64,000 nucleotides of DNA from Candidatus Uhrbacteria bacterium (GCA_023246355.1 JAHFIQ010000001.1:286247-350246); one strand, 5' to 3'. Positions 36,254 to 46,597 are shown, numbered from the stretch's first letter. The notes: generated by a model from the letters alone, not told the origin. Numbers and translations: made by a program.

Positions 36254-37769
36254 AATTTTGAATAGTATCTTGTCCTCGATACTGCAGAGCCTCAGCCATG
36301 TGCTCGACCTGGATCACCTCCGACTGAGCCAGGTCTGCAATCGTTCGAGCGACTTTTCTGACACGTGTGTACCCACGAGCCGAGAGGTGATTTCCGCGTA
36401 GAGCCTGTTCCAACAACAAGCGTGTTTCATCTGTGAGTGGTGCATACTCATCAAGGTCAGATGAACGGATTTCGTTATTGGTGAGCACATGTAAACTCTT
36501 CAATCTTTTTTGTTGTGTTGTTCTTGCTGTTTCGATCCGAGTGCGGATGATCGACGAGGATTCAGGTTTTTCCTGTGAGAGCAACTTGTCGTATTCTACA
36601 GCCGGAACCTCAATGACAATATCAAATCGATCAAGCAGGGGACCGGAAATTTTTTTCTGATACCTCATGACCGATTCGTGAGAGCATGTGCAGGGTCGGT
36701 AGGGATTGGTGAGATGTCCACACGGACAGGGATTCATCGCGGCAACAAGTAAGAATCTCGCGGGAAATTGAAACGAACCTATAGCACGGGAAATCGTTAC
36801 AGATCCATCTTCTAGCGGCTGGCGCAAATGTTCCAAAACGTAGCGTGAAAATTCTGGGAGCTCATCGAGAAACAACACCCCTCGATGTGCGAGCGAAACC
36901 TCTCCGGGTTTTGGCCATGCTCCCCCTCCTACCAACGAGACAGCTGACGAACTATGGTGCGGAGCACGAAAAGGACGATCTTGCACAAGTCCTTGAGATG
37001 AAGGAAGGATTCCGGAAACGGACGCGATCGCTGTGACCTCCACAGCTTCGTCGTATGTGAGCGTTGGCAAAATAGAGGGAATGGATCTGGCCAGAAGCGT
37101 TTTTCCAGCGCCGGGTGGACCCTTGAGAAGAATATTGTGTCCACCTGCGGCAGCTATTTCTAAACCTCGTTTTGCGGCTTCCTGACCTTTGATACCTGAA
37201 AAGTCTTGATCAAAGTGAGAGGCGATCATTGACTTCTTTTTTTGAATTTTTTCAATCAAGTGAACTCCCTTTAGGTGATCCAGAACGTCTTTGAGCGATC
37301 CGACGCCATAGACATGAAGGCCCTGAATCGCGCAGGCCTCGGCTGTGTTTTCTTGCGGAACAAATAACTCATCTTTTGAAATAGATTTTGCCATGATGGC
37401 TGTTGTAAGCACACCTGAAACAGGCCGCACGGTCCCATCAAGCGCAAGCTCTCCAACGAAAACAGCTTTTTCAATAGCTGCTCTTGGAATCTCACCCATC
37501 GCGACCAGCATGGACAAGGCAATGGGCAAATCATAAAGGGGACCCTGCTTGCGCACATCCGCCGGAGCGAGGTTGACCGTGATTTTTCCTCGTGGAAATT
37601 TGAAGCCGCTATTTTTTATGGCAGCGCGAATGCGATCTCGAGACTCCTTGACCGAAGCATCGGGGAGACCAACGACGCAAAACGATTTAAGACCCAAAGA
37701 AATGTCTGTTTCGACGGTGACCGGTACGCTTTTGATCCCGATCGTCGCACTCGTAGTAATGTGAAACAT
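36246..37769 (-). CDS. comM: YifB/ComM Mg-chelatase-like AAA+ ATPase
   Basis: VGLPDASVKES, NLAPAD, GPPGAGKT, PFRAPHH, LFLDELPEF, SARG. Confidence 0.95.
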   Translation of the reverse strand: MFHITTSATIGIKSVPVTVETDISLGLKSFCVVGLPDASVKESRDRIRAAIKNSGFKFPRGKITVNLAPADVRKQGPLYDLPIALSMLVAMGEIPRAAIEKAVFVGELALDGTVRPVSGVLTTAIMAKSISKDELFVPQENTAEACAIQGLHVYGVGSLKDVLDHLKGVHLIEKIQKKKSMIASHFDQDFSGIKGQEAAKRGLEIAAAGGHNILLKGPPGAGKTLLARSIPSILPTLTYDEAVEVTAIASVSGILPSSQGLVQDRPFRAPHHSSSAVSLVGGGAWPKPGEVSLAHRGVLFLDELPEFSRYVLEHLRQPLEDGSVTISRAIGSFQFPARFLLVAAMNPCPCGHLTNPYRPCTCSHESVMRYQKKISGPLLDRFDIVIEVPAVEYDKLLSQEKPESSSIIRTRIETARTTQQKRLKSLHVLTNNEIRSSDLDEYAPLTDETRLLLEQALRGNHLSARGYTRVRKVARTIADLAQSEVIQVEHMAEALQYRGQDTIQNYG

Positions 37770-37822
37770 AAAACCCCAAAAACGATTAACGTTGGTGGGG
37801 TTTCTTATGCTGCTACTCTACC

Positions 37823-38284
37823 TCATCGGTGATTTTCTGTCAATTTTTTTCTCTGTGAAGTGACAAGAAGGAGAAAAACACCGAGGACAATAATCGCATC
37901 AGAGAGATTGATCGCTGAGCGACCAAACAAAATGATGTAGTCAACGGTAAAACCGTAGGTCACACGATCATACAAGTTGCCCAAGGCACCGGTCATGATC
38001 ATGAGGGTTGCAAAGGTGATTCCTGGTCGGTCGCTCCAGTGTTTATATGCCACTTTGACGAGTCCAAGGCCAATGCCGATTGAGATCAAGATCACCCATC
38101 CGAGCTTGAAAGGAATATCAAAAGCGATACCAAAGTTTTTATGAATGGCAAAGTCGACAATTCCAGGATGAATAAGACTCCCTTCCTGAGGGAGTCGGGT
38201 GAGTCCAATTCTTTTCAGCCACTCATCACACAGCACGATCAAAACGGTTGGAATGAGGAGCCAGTAGAGATGCTTGGTGAGCAT
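37823..38284 (-). CDS. lspA: Lipoprotein signal peptidase
   Basis: NFGIAF, GALGNLYDR..YGFTVDYI, NLSD. Confidence 0.9.
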   Translation of the reverse strand: MLTKHLYWLLIPTVLIVLCDEWLKRIGLTRLPQEGSLIHPGIVDFAIHKNFGIAFDIPFKLGWVILISIGIGLGLVKVAYKHWSDRPGITFATLMIMTGALGNLYDRVTYGFTVDYIILFGRSAINLSDAIIVLGVFLLLVTSQRKKLTENHR

Positions 38285-38286
38285 GT

Positions 38287-38661
38287 TCACACTTCCTGAG
38301 TGAGCGTTTTTTTGCATTGTATGCATGAACTGGAAGTAGGACGCGCGATCAGTCGGCGTTCATCGATCATTTGCCCGCAGTACTTACAGGTGCCGTACTT
38401 GCCTTGGTCCATGAGTTTGAGAGCCGATTCCACATCACGGAGTGCTTTTTCCAATTCGTCCTCAAGCGAGAGATTATCTGAAAATTGTGCAACTTCTGAG
38501 GCGTTTTCGTCTTCCTTATCACCTATATTTGGAAAATCAGCCTGAAAATCAGCCTCTGTTGCCTTTGAATTTCGATGCGAAAAACGAGAAAGTTCCATTT
38601 CAAGACGTGTCTTTTCTCGTTCGAGCTCACTTTTGATGCGGTCCATGAATTCTGATCCCAT
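38287..38661 (-). CDS. DksA/TraR C4 zinc-finger protein
   Basis: GD.EDENA coiled-coil tip; YGTCKYCG..I...RL.A.P....CIQC. Confidence 0.9.
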   Translation of the reverse strand: MGSEFMDRIKSELEREKTRLEMELSRFSHRNSKATEADFQADFPNIGDKEDENASEVAQFSDNLSLEDELEKALRDVESALKLMDQGKYGTCKYCGQMIDERRLIARPTSSSCIQCKKTLTQEV

Positions 38662-38720
38662 AAAAACATCGTTAATTCATCAATACTCTGAATTCTAGCA
38701 GCTTTTTGGAAATTAGAATA

Positions 38721-39035
38721 GGGCCGCAGCCCGCTATGTTGTATAGATTTTTCGGGGTGTGGCCCTTCGTTGTGGTTTTGTTTGCGGATTTGTTGAGGCG
38801 TTGGGTTTTATTCTGGAATTTTCTTCAGAACAAGACTCAACGCCCTTCCAAACACAGTCAAACAAAGCCATAGTACTCTTCCGTCTTACCATTCTTTGGT
38901 TTTGCTCACGAACGTCCCGAAGGACGCAATAGTGTGGGCGAACCTAGAAGATTTCGCTTTTGTTTTTGTTTTGCGGTTCAGAATAGTGAGACGGTAAGAC
39001 GTTTCCCGAAATATTCGTGCGGGCGTGGGGCACCT
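38721..39035 (+). ncRNA. Candidate large structured non-coding RNA
   Basis: Nested long helices with G-U pairs favouring the plus strand; no convincing ORF. Confidence 0.55.
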
Positions 39036-39219
39036 GCCGACAAGCTGTCGAATACGACTTTCGGAAAACCTCCCAAGAGTTGGTGTGAAAGAACGACTTA
39101 CATTTGTATGATATCAAAAAAATGACCATCGGTCAATTTATCAAAAGTTGCTTACATCAGCATAAATTTTCATAGACCGAAGACAAATCGTATTCAATAG
39201 AAGTTCTTTTATGAGAAAG

Positions 39220-39259
39220 TTATCCACAGAATAGAGCAGTTACTCATAACTTATCCACA
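39220..39259. promoter_or_regulatory. Two perfect DnaA boxes
   Basis: TTATCCACA at 39220 and 39251. Confidence 0.65.
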
Positions 39260-39260
39260 G

Positions 39261-40499
39261 CTAGGTTGAGCAAAAGTGTGCCGTGCTTGAATACCGATTC
39301 ATCTCAATCGATATCTCTGAAAATTGAGAGAAAATCTTTGTCATCAAGAATAAGGTTGGACTATATACCTGTCTATTCATTTGTTTCAGGATAGGTCCTG
39401 GCTCAATGTCTAAAACGTTCCCATGGCATGCCGATTCTAAGCTCGTTTCAGAAAGCTTCGTGATCAAATCCTCGCTTGTTGAAAAGATCACTTGATGATC
39501 AAAAAAGGCTCCATAAATGGAATGATGAGACGCAACGACCCGAAAGGCCTCAATTTGCCCTAGTTGCACCTGTTCAACCGTTTGAAAAGACGGATCAACC
39601 AGAATCTCTTTGAGACTCGTCCCGTCTTTGAGTTCAGTTTCCTTTAAGGTTGGAGAAAGATAGGCTCCCATCAGCTGTAGGAGACCCAAAAGGTCTTCTT
39701 GAGTTGTATCTGCTTGTGGTGCTTTTACTAACAAGGCTGGAGAGCCGAGCTCATCTTGTGCAACAACAATCTCCCATTCCTGACCAAAGATCTGTTCAAA
39801 TGCATCTGTTCCTTCGCCCAAAGGAGGTGATAATTCACTTCCGTGTCCTGAAAGTGCCAACAGCGTCTGTGAGAGCAGGTCTTTTTTCACGGTTTGTTTT
39901 TTTTGACTGGGAAAAATCATTTCAAGTTGTCCATTGCTTGCAAGGATCGAACCGGACAGATGGTCGACTGGGAGGTCTATTCTTCCCAACCAGTCGCTTG
40001 TCAGTGAAGGAAAGAAGGGAGCGTGAGTGCTTGAATTCATTCCACTGATCGGAAGTAATGTTTGCGAGAGAAGAAGAATATCTGGGGTCACCTCTTGGAC
40101 CGTGATCGCAAGGGACGTCAGGAGTTCTTGTGGTAGTTCAGCTCTGTTTGCTCGAATACCAACAGCTTTCTCTCCGGTGCTGGTGAGAAAAAAGGCTAGT
40201 TCTCCGTGAGTGAGAGACGCGATATCTTGAAAATCTAAACTCCTGTTTGAAAGAAGAGGTACTCCTTCGAGGAAATTTTTTACAATCGGGAGAGATGTTC
40301 CTGTCAGTTTAAGATTCACTGCCAGGATCGTTCCTTCAGGTGCGGCCTCAAGGATTTGGTCGCGAGAAAACCAGACCTCACCAATGCGCCAGGTCACAAA
40401 GACAAGCACAAGAGCAGAACCTCCCAGAAGCCAAACAACCTGGCGCAAAGGCCTGGTTGTTTTTGTGTGTCGAGAGAGTGGAATGTTGAGCTTCTTCAT
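39261..40499 (-). CDS. Hypothetical membrane-anchored protein
   Basis: 412-aa ORF with a single N-terminal TM, directly downstream of pnp. Confidence 0.7.
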   Translation of the reverse strand: MKKLNIPLSRHTKTTRPLRQVVWLLGGSALVLVFVTWRIGEVWFSRDQILEAAPEGTILAVNLKLTGTSLPIVKNFLEGVPLLSNRSLDFQDIASLTHGELAFFLTSTGEKAVGIRANRAELPQELLTSLAITVQEVTPDILLLSQTLLPISGMNSSTHAPFFPSLTSDWLGRIDLPVDHLSGSILASNGQLEMIFPSQKKQTVKKDLLSQTLLALSGHGSELSPPLGEGTDAFEQIFGQEWEIVVAQDELGSPALLVKAPQADTTQEDLLGLLQLMGAYLSPTLKETELKDGTSLKEILVDPSFQTVEQVQLGQIEAFRVVASHHSIYGAFFDHQVIFSTSEDLITKLSETSLESACHGNVLDIEPGPILKQMNRQVYSPTLFLMTKIFSQFSEISIEMNRYSSTAHFCST

Positions 40500-40502
40500 G
40501 GC

Positions 40503-42722
40503 TTATGGTCGGCGACGTGGGAATCCACCACGACCGCCTCCACCATTTGATCGTACAGGACGTGGCGGTGGAAGATCACCTGGCGCTCGAGGAGCTGGAC
40601 GTTCAGGATAGACGTTTCCAGGAGCATCTTTCATGGAAAGGCTTGTGCGTCCGTCGGCTCCCATCTCCATAATTTTTACTTGGACTTCTTGACCCAACTT
40701 TACAATATCAGAGACAAGCTCGACTCGCCATGGGGCCAACATACTGACATGCACCATCCCATCTCGCTTAGGGAGATATTCAACGATCGCCCCGAAATCC
40801 ATGATGCGCACGACTTTCCCTGTGTACACTTCTCCAACTTTTGGCTCTCGAGTCAGATTCTGAACCCAGGCGAGCGCTTTTTGGGCACCCTCGGCATTGG
40901 TTGAGGTAATCATCACCAAACCATCGTCTTCAATATCAATCGCCTGGACCCCTGTGGTCGCAATAATTTCATTGATCGTTTTGCCGCCAGGACCAATGAC
41001 GTTCCCGATAAGCTCTGGGTTGATACGCAGCGTGATGATGCGCGGAGCATAGGGAGAGAGCTCGGGTCGTGGGGCAGCAATTGCTAATGCCATCGCCTTC
41101 AAGATTTCCATTCGGGCGTCTTTTGCTTGTTTGAGAGTCGTTTCCACGATCTCAGGCAGAAGACCATCTGTTTTTGTATCCATCTGGATCGCGGTAATGC
41201 CGCGCGCAGAGCCAGCGATTTTGAAATCCATGCCGCCCTTGCCATCCTCCAAATCTTGAAGGTCGGTTATCACTTTCCACTTGCCTGAAGCATCCGTGGC
41301 AAGTCCCATGGCGATCCCGGCAACCGGCGCTTTGATTGGGACGCCAGCGTCCATCAGTGCCAGAGTTGATCCACAGGTGGAACCCATGGAGCTTGAACCA
41401 TTAGACCCAAGAACCTCAGAAACAGCGCGGATGGTATAAGGAAAAGCTTCCTTATCAGGCATCATCGGCATCAGGGCTTTTTCCGCGAGACCACCATGAC
41501 CGATGTCTCGGCGCGAAGGTCCTCGTAGTGGCTTCACTTCCCCAACAGAAAAGGGCGGGAAATTGTAGTGATGAAAGTAGCGGCGAGTCCCAACCGTTTC
41601 CATGCCATCGAGCGTTTGTTCGTCTCCTGGCGCACCAAGCGTGACCACGGTTAAGACCTGTGTCTCGCCACGTTTGAAATGACCAGATCCGTGTACACGA
41701 GGTAAAACAGCAACTTCATTTACCAGAGGTCGGATTTGGGTCATGGATCGACCATCAACGCGTTTTTCATTTTCCAGGATCTCACGAGATACTTCTTCTT
41801 CCAGCACAGAGCTCACGATACTGGTACCAAAGGAGAGAAGTACTTCCTCAACTCCTTGTTCGATGAGATAGGCCTTCGTAAGTTTTTTCAGCTCGGCCTT
41901 CTGTGCACTACGTTCACTCTTGCTAGCTTGTGGCATTCCAAAAAAAAGCTCGGCCACTTTTTTGACAATGAACGGCTTCGCCAGAGCTTCTACTTTTTCT
42001 TGCGCTTCGGTTTTTTTAATGCTTGGATCGATTTTTTCTTTTCCCACAGCGGCACGGACTTCCTCGATCAGCTTGATCGGCTCAGCCAAGTGCTTTTGTC
42101 CAAACCGGAAGGCTTCCAAGACGACTTCCTCAGGCGCTTCGTTGGCTCCGGCTTCGACCATGATGATTTTTTTCGGTGTGCCTGCAAAGGAAAGATCGAG
42201 CAAAGACTTTTCACGAGCGGCATAGGTTGGATTCAAAACCCACTCACCGTTTACCTGTCCCACACGCACACAACCAATAGGCCCATTCCAAGGAATGTTG
42301 CTGGTATGCAGTGCGCAGGAAGCGGCAATCAGCCCAATCACGTCAGGATCGTTTTCTGTGTCAAAGGAAAGCGCTGTGACGATGATCTGAATGTCATTGC
42401 GGATGCGCTCATCAAAGAGTGGACGAAGAGCACGGTCAATAAATCGAGAGATGAGAACAGCCTCGTCTGTTGGACGGCCTTCTTTTTTGATGAATCGGCT
42501 GCCCTTGATGCGGCCAGCGGCGTACATCTTCTCTTCGTAATCCACCATCAACGGAAAAAAATCCAGCCCTTCGCGTTTATCAGGGCTGATCGTTGCGGTT
42601 GCGAGTACCACCGTTTCGCCGTACTGAACCAAACAAGATCCACTTGCTTGGGCCGCGTATTTTCCCACTTCAATCGTGAGCTTTTTTCCTCCCCAGAGGG
42701 TTTCAAATCGTTGTTCGTTCAT
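40503..42722 (-). CDS. pnp: Polyribonucleotide nucleotidyltransferase
   Basis: FFPLMVDYEE, RGETQ, SNGSSSM, MDFKIAG, KH and S1 domains. Confidence 0.98.
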   Translation of the reverse strand: MNEQRFETLWGGKKLTIEVGKYAAQASGSCLVQYGETVVLATATISPDKREGLDFFPLMVDYEEKMYAAGRIKGSRFIKKEGRPTDEAVLISRFIDRALRPLFDERIRNDIQIIVTALSFDTENDPDVIGLIAASCALHTSNIPWNGPIGCVRVGQVNGEWVLNPTYAAREKSLLDLSFAGTPKKIIMVEAGANEAPEEVVLEAFRFGQKHLAEPIKLIEEVRAAVGKEKIDPSIKKTEAQEKVEALAKPFIVKKVAELFFGMPQASKSERSAQKAELKKLTKAYLIEQGVEEVLLSFGTSIVSSVLEEEVSREILENEKRVDGRSMTQIRPLVNEVAVLPRVHGSGHFKRGETQVLTVVTLGAPGDEQTLDGMETVGTRRYFHHYNFPPFSVGEVKPLRGPSRRDIGHGGLAEKALMPMMPDKEAFPYTIRAVSEVLGSNGSSSMGSTCGSTLALMDAGVPIKAPVAGIAMGLATDASGKWKVITDLQDLEDGKGGMDFKIAGSARGITAIQMDTKTDGLLPEIVETTLKQAKDARMEILKAMALAIAAPRPELSPYAPRIITLRINPELIGNVIGPGGKTINEIIATTGVQAIDIEDDGLVMITSTNAEGAQKALAWVQNLTREPKVGEVYTGKVVRIMDFGAIVEYLPKRDGMVHVSMLAPWRVELVSDIVKLGQEVQVKIMEMGADGRTSLSMKDAPGNVYPERPAPRAPGDLPPPRPVRSNGGGGRGGFPRRRP

Positions 42723-42727
42723 ATCAT

Positions 42728-43381
42728 TTAGAATTCGAGTCGTCGTGTCCGATGCTCTTCTTGATTATTCGTTGCTTCCTCAGGCAGGTCCATGAAGAAT
42801 CCCGTATCAGACTCTTCCGGATCTTCACCTTCAGAGGTGGCCGTGTCTTCGCTATCCTTTGCGTGTGCTCTGTCTGCGAGCTTTGGACCGATGAGATACC
42901 GTTTTTTATTTTGAGAGAGGTCGGTGTAGTCATGGACGACTTTTTGCAAAGCCGAGGATGTTGTTTCACCAAACGCCATGAGCTCCACCATGCGTCCTTT
43001 AGCCAGGACGTAATTCACAAGTGGTTGAAAGTCGCCGTCTCCTGAGACGATTACGACCACGTCCAGTGTATCGAGCATTTGCACAACATCGATCGCGAGT
43101 CCCACATCCCAGTCGGCTTTCTTGTGGCCAGAGGAAAATTCTTGCAAAGGTTTTTCACGCGTTTCAATGCCAGCGCTTCTCAGAGCCTCGAAAAACGGTT
43201 GCTCTTCTTTGCTCTCCGTCCCAACGACGTAGGCCATGGCACGGATGAGTTTGCGTGAAGCGACCGCGTCGTCCACGATATTTTTAAAGTTCACCTTTCG
43301 CTTAAAGAGATTCCGCGCCGAGTAGTACATGTTCTGTGTGTCGATGAAAACCCCGACACGCTGATCCGGATGCTTAAACAT
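42728..43381 (-). CDS. NYN domain (LabA/DUF88) protein
   Basis: VFIDTQNMY, KKADWDVGLAID, VSGDGDF. Confidence 0.92.
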   Translation of the reverse strand: MFKHPDQRVGVFIDTQNMYYSARNLFKRKVNFKNIVDDAVASRKLIRAMAYVVGTESKEEQPFFEALRSAGIETREKPLQEFSSGHKKADWDVGLAIDVVQMLDTLDVVVIVSGDGDFQPLVNYVLAKGRMVELMAFGETTSSALQKVVHDYTDLSQNKKRYLIGPKLADRAHAKDSEDTATSEGEDPEESDTGFFMDLPEEATNNQEEHRTRRLEF

Positions 43382-43432
43382 AGGGACAGGTTTATAAAGG
43401 AACACCCCGCCAAAAAAAGGCGGGGTTTAAAA

Positions 43433-43696
43433 TTAACGCAGTTCGAGTTCTTTCTTCAGCTTCTCAAAGGCTCCCGCATCCTCACGTTCCAAATATTTGA
43501 TGAGGCGTCGGCGTTCGTTCACTTTGTTGATAAGTCCACGGCGGGAGGAATTATCTTTTTTATGTTCCTTCAGGTGCTTGGTCAGCTCCTCGACCTCAGC
43601 GGTCAAAATGGCGATCTGCACTTGAGGCGAACCCGTGTCCGATTCGTGGGTTCGGTATTTCTTAATAATGTTCTGCTTCTTTTGTACGTTGAGCAT
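43433..43696 (-). CDS. rpsO: 30S ribosomal protein S15
   Basis: DTGSPQVQIAILT, HKKDNSSRRGL. Confidence 0.98.
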   Translation of the reverse strand: MLNVQKKQNIIKKYRTHESDTGSPQVQIAILTAEVEELTKHLKEHKKDNSSRRGLINKVNERRRLIKYLEREDAGAFEKLKKELELR

Positions 43697-43711
43697 ACAG
43701 CGCATTTCGTG

Positions 43712-43760
43712 GCGTCATCCTAGTTGAGGGAGCTCATTCCCAGAACCAAGGTCACGTCCT
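43712..43760 (-). promoter_or_regulatory. Possible S15 autoregulatory leader hairpin
   Basis: Minus strand CTTGGTT..GGGA-atgagc-TCCC..AACTAGG stem just upstream of rpsO. Confidence 0.4.
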
Positions 43761-43889
43761 GTTTAAAGTGAATAACGGTCAGAATCGTAGCTGAAAGGAG
43801 GTAAAAGAGTCAAGGAATCAGAAAAGGATTAGTAACTGTCGTAGGTTGATTCGGAGCGGGTAGTGCCTATGTTTTGTTATTCAGAATAC

Positions 43890-44129
43890 TTAGAGTTCCA
43901 CCGCATCCAGATCCTCAAACGCTTGGTCGAGATTGTCTTGAAACTCGGCAGGCGTTTCGTCGCCGGTTGCTTCTGTGTCCGTTGGTTTTTCTTCAGTCGC
44001 TTCGTCAGTCTCACCCAGGCTGAAGCCTGGGGCTACCTCTTCGGGAGTTTCACGTTGTGACATCCAGATCGTCACACCCACCAGGATAACCACCAACACC
44101 CCAACCGTTGCTAAGATTTTTTTGTTCAT
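43890..44129 (-). CDS. Small membrane-anchored acidic protein
   Basis: MNKK + TM + acidic tail. Confidence 0.7.
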   Translation of the reverse strand: MNKKILATVGVLVVILVGVTIWMSQRETPEEVAPGFSLGETDEATEEKPTDTEATGDETPAEFQDNLDQAFEDLDAVEL

Positions 44130-44134
44130 ACAAT

Positions 44135-45337
44135 CTATCGGTTTAAGATAGGGCGCACATAGTCCATGTGAGCTTTCCAGTCCGCCCGCATTTTTTCGAT
44201 GAGGGCTTTGCGCTGTTCATAGGTCGTGGCACCAAGAAACGCAATTTTATTTTCAATCACTTTCTGAACAAAGGCCGCTGTGGTTTTCACATCCACACCT
44301 TCGTCGATGAATGCTTCCGCTCGCTGTTCCAAATCATAGAAACGAAACAGAATGAGATGATGGACATGTTCCTCTAGTTCATCCAAACATGCTTCGTCAT
44401 CGGCACAGGCTGTTTTTGCCGCAGGAATATTCTCAGGGAGCCACAGGACCTTTCTTGCGCATTCCACTCGGTCTTCTGCTCCCTCGATATCCCAGCATGG
44501 CTGATACTTGGCGTAGTACTTGATGCATTCCTCTTGTACATCACCTTCAAACGGTCGACAAACCTCGGGGAAGTAGCGGATTTCGATCTCGCGTTCACGG
44601 CCGGCCTGACTCAGATTCAAGCGGCATTCGATGCGGTCAATGAGCTCCCCTTCCTCACACTGCTGGTAGGAACATCTCTGTGAGGATGTGGGCTTGCTGC
44701 TTACGACGCCTGAGCAGTCGTTTGTAAGCTCGCAGTCACGGGATTGGTTTCCATCCGTATCACAGGACTCCCAGTCGCTGCACTCCCACGTATCCGAAGT
44801 GCATTCCGGAGTGCAGCTTTGAGATTCATCTGGTGATGCCGCGTCATCGAATTCACAATCGAAGGTCAGTTCACAGTCACGGGTTTGGTTGCCGGTTGCG
44901 GAGCAGGAGCTCCAATCTCCACACTCCCACACGTCATCTGTACAATTTGGTTCGCACGTTTGCGACGTGATCGGTGAGTCTGTGTCCGTCAAAGAGCAGT
45001 CATCCGTTTTTGTGCAGGATCGACTCTGTGTGCCATTAGCAAAACACGGTGACCAGCCAGAACAACTCCACGTATCTTCTGTGCACTCAGGGGTACAGCT
45101 TTCTGCGGTGACAGGTTCAGAGTCTGTGACATGGGTGCAGTCAAAGGTCAGTTCACAGGTTCGTTCGCGAGTTCCCTCAAGCGAACACTCCCCCCAATCT
45201 CCGCAATCCCATTCATCTTGGTCGCAGGTACTCACTCCACCTCCCCCACCACTGCTGCCTCCCCCACCTCCGCCAACCGCGAAGACAAAACTAGGGACGG
45301 CGAGCAAGCACAGAAGAGTAAAGATTCTGATTCGCAT
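44135..45337 (-). CDS. Secreted Cys/Trp-repeat protein (four TSP1-like repeats) with helical C-domain
   Basis: Signal peptide, poly-G linker, 4 x C..D.W.C..W..C...G...R.C....DC. Confidence 0.8.
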   Translation of the reverse strand: MRIRIFTLLCLLAVPSFVFAVGGGGGGSSGGGGGVSTCDQDEWDCGDWGECSLEGTRERTCELTFDCTHVTDSEPVTAESCTPECTEDTWSCSGWSPCFANGTQSRSCTKTDDCSLTDTDSPITSQTCEPNCTDDVWECGDWSSCSATGNQTRDCELTFDCEFDDAASPDESQSCTPECTSDTWECSDWESCDTDGNQSRDCELTNDCSGVVSSKPTSSQRCSYQQCEEGELIDRIECRLNLSQAGREREIEIRYFPEVCRPFEGDVQEECIKYYAKYQPCWDIEGAEDRVECARKVLWLPENIPAAKTACADDEACLDELEEHVHHLILFRFYDLEQRAEAFIDEGVDVKTTAAFVQKVIENKIAFLGATTYEQRKALIEKMRADWKAHMDYVRPILNR

Positions 45338-45365
45338 ATGCCTTTAGTGTACACTACTCTCATCT

Positions 45366-46562
45366 ATGCGCACGCATCCAGCTCATCGCCATACTCTTGC
45401 TCATGGGGTCGCTCTGCCAGCCCTTGCCACCAATCGTCTCATCGATGGGATTGCCGCCAGTATGGTGGGCGTGTTCCTGCCGATTTTTTTGTACGAGTTT
45501 TTTGACTCCTCTATTGCTGTTGTTCTCCTGTGGTTTCTTGTGAACGTTCTTGTGAAGCTTCCTTTTTACGTCCTAGGAGCCAAACTATTTTCACGTATCG
45601 GCCTTACACGCAGCATGGTTGTGGGGACGCTCGGGGTCGTTGTGTTTCATCTCAGTTACTTCTTTGTGAGCCAGTCGGCTACCCAGTGGTCCATCCTGAT
45701 GGCAATCGGCATTGCTGGTTTACTTTTGAATGGCATTTTTTATTGGTCCCCGTTTCACATTGACATGGCCAATTTCACCAGTGAAAAAAAACGCGGAAGC
45801 CAGCTTGGGATTTTTTATGCCCTTGAGCGATTGATCGGAGTGATGGCGCCGCTGATCGCAGGGTATGTGATCGCGACATTTGGATACCAAGTGAATTTTT
45901 TAATCGGACTCGTTATCACAGCATGCTCACTCATTCCCCTTCTGTTTCTTCCACACTTTCAGGTGACGTATGAGTTTGGCTACGTACAAAGTTTTCGTGA
46001 ACTTTTTTCAAAACGGTTTCGCGCGATGACGTTTTCCATGATGGCGTTTGGGGCCGAGAACATGGTAGGCGTGGTGATCTGGCCGATTTTTTTGTTCACG
46101 ATGTTTGGAGGAAATTATCTTGATGTGGGATTGTTTACCACGGTTCTTGTGGTCGTTGGCCTGATTCTTGAGCTCATTGTGGGAAAGCAAACCGATCGGT
46201 TTTCTGCGACACGTCTTCTGAAAGTTGGTACAGGGATCAATGCGCTTGGTTGGGTATGGAAGGGACTCACCGACACGGTCACAGGTGTTTTTGCCGCGGC
46301 CACGTTTCATAGTTTCGGGACGATTTTTTTGCGCACTCCCATGGATGCTCTCATGTATGAACAAGCCGCCGACGCTGGCCACTACATTGATGAATACACC
46401 GTGCTGCGTGAGATGGCTCTGTCGATTGGTCGTGTTTCAATGCTCGGATTTCTTCTCTTGTTTACCCAAGTCTTTTCTCTGAGCGCAGCTTTTTTTGTAG
46501 CCGCCGGTGTTTCCTTTGCGATCAACTTTTTGACGGATTATCGAACCGCCAAGGTAGAATAA
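45366..46562 (+). CDS. MFS transporter
   Basis: About 12 hydrophobic helices, GKQTDRF loop, KRGSQLG. Confidence 0.85.
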   Translation: MRTHPAHRHTLAHGVALPALATNRLIDGIAASMVGVFLPIFLYEFFDSSIAVVLLWFLVNVLVKLPFYVLGAKLFSRIGLTRSMVVGTLGVVVFHLSYFFVSQSATQWSILMAIGIAGLLLNGIFYWSPFHIDMANFTSEKKRGSQLGIFYALERLIGVMAPLIAGYVIATFGYQVNFLIGLVITACSLIPLLFLPHFQVTYEFGYVQSFRELFSKRFRAMTFSMMAFGAENMVGVVIWPIFLFTMFGGNYLDVGLFTTVLVVVGLILELIVGKQTDRFSATRLLKVGTGINALGWVWKGLTDTVTGVFAAATFHSFGTIFLRTPMDALMYEQAADAGHYIDEYTVLREMALSIGRVSMLGFLLLFTQVFSLSAAFFVAAGVSFAINFLTDYRTAKVE

Positions 46563-46597
46563 CAAAACAGACCCTGACCGGGTCCGTTTTGTTATTT

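Noticed and set aside
38721-39100. tmRNA, RNase P RNA or retron msr-msd
   Set aside because: No tRNA-like ends, no GAGGAAAGUCC-type core and no reverse transcriptase in the window
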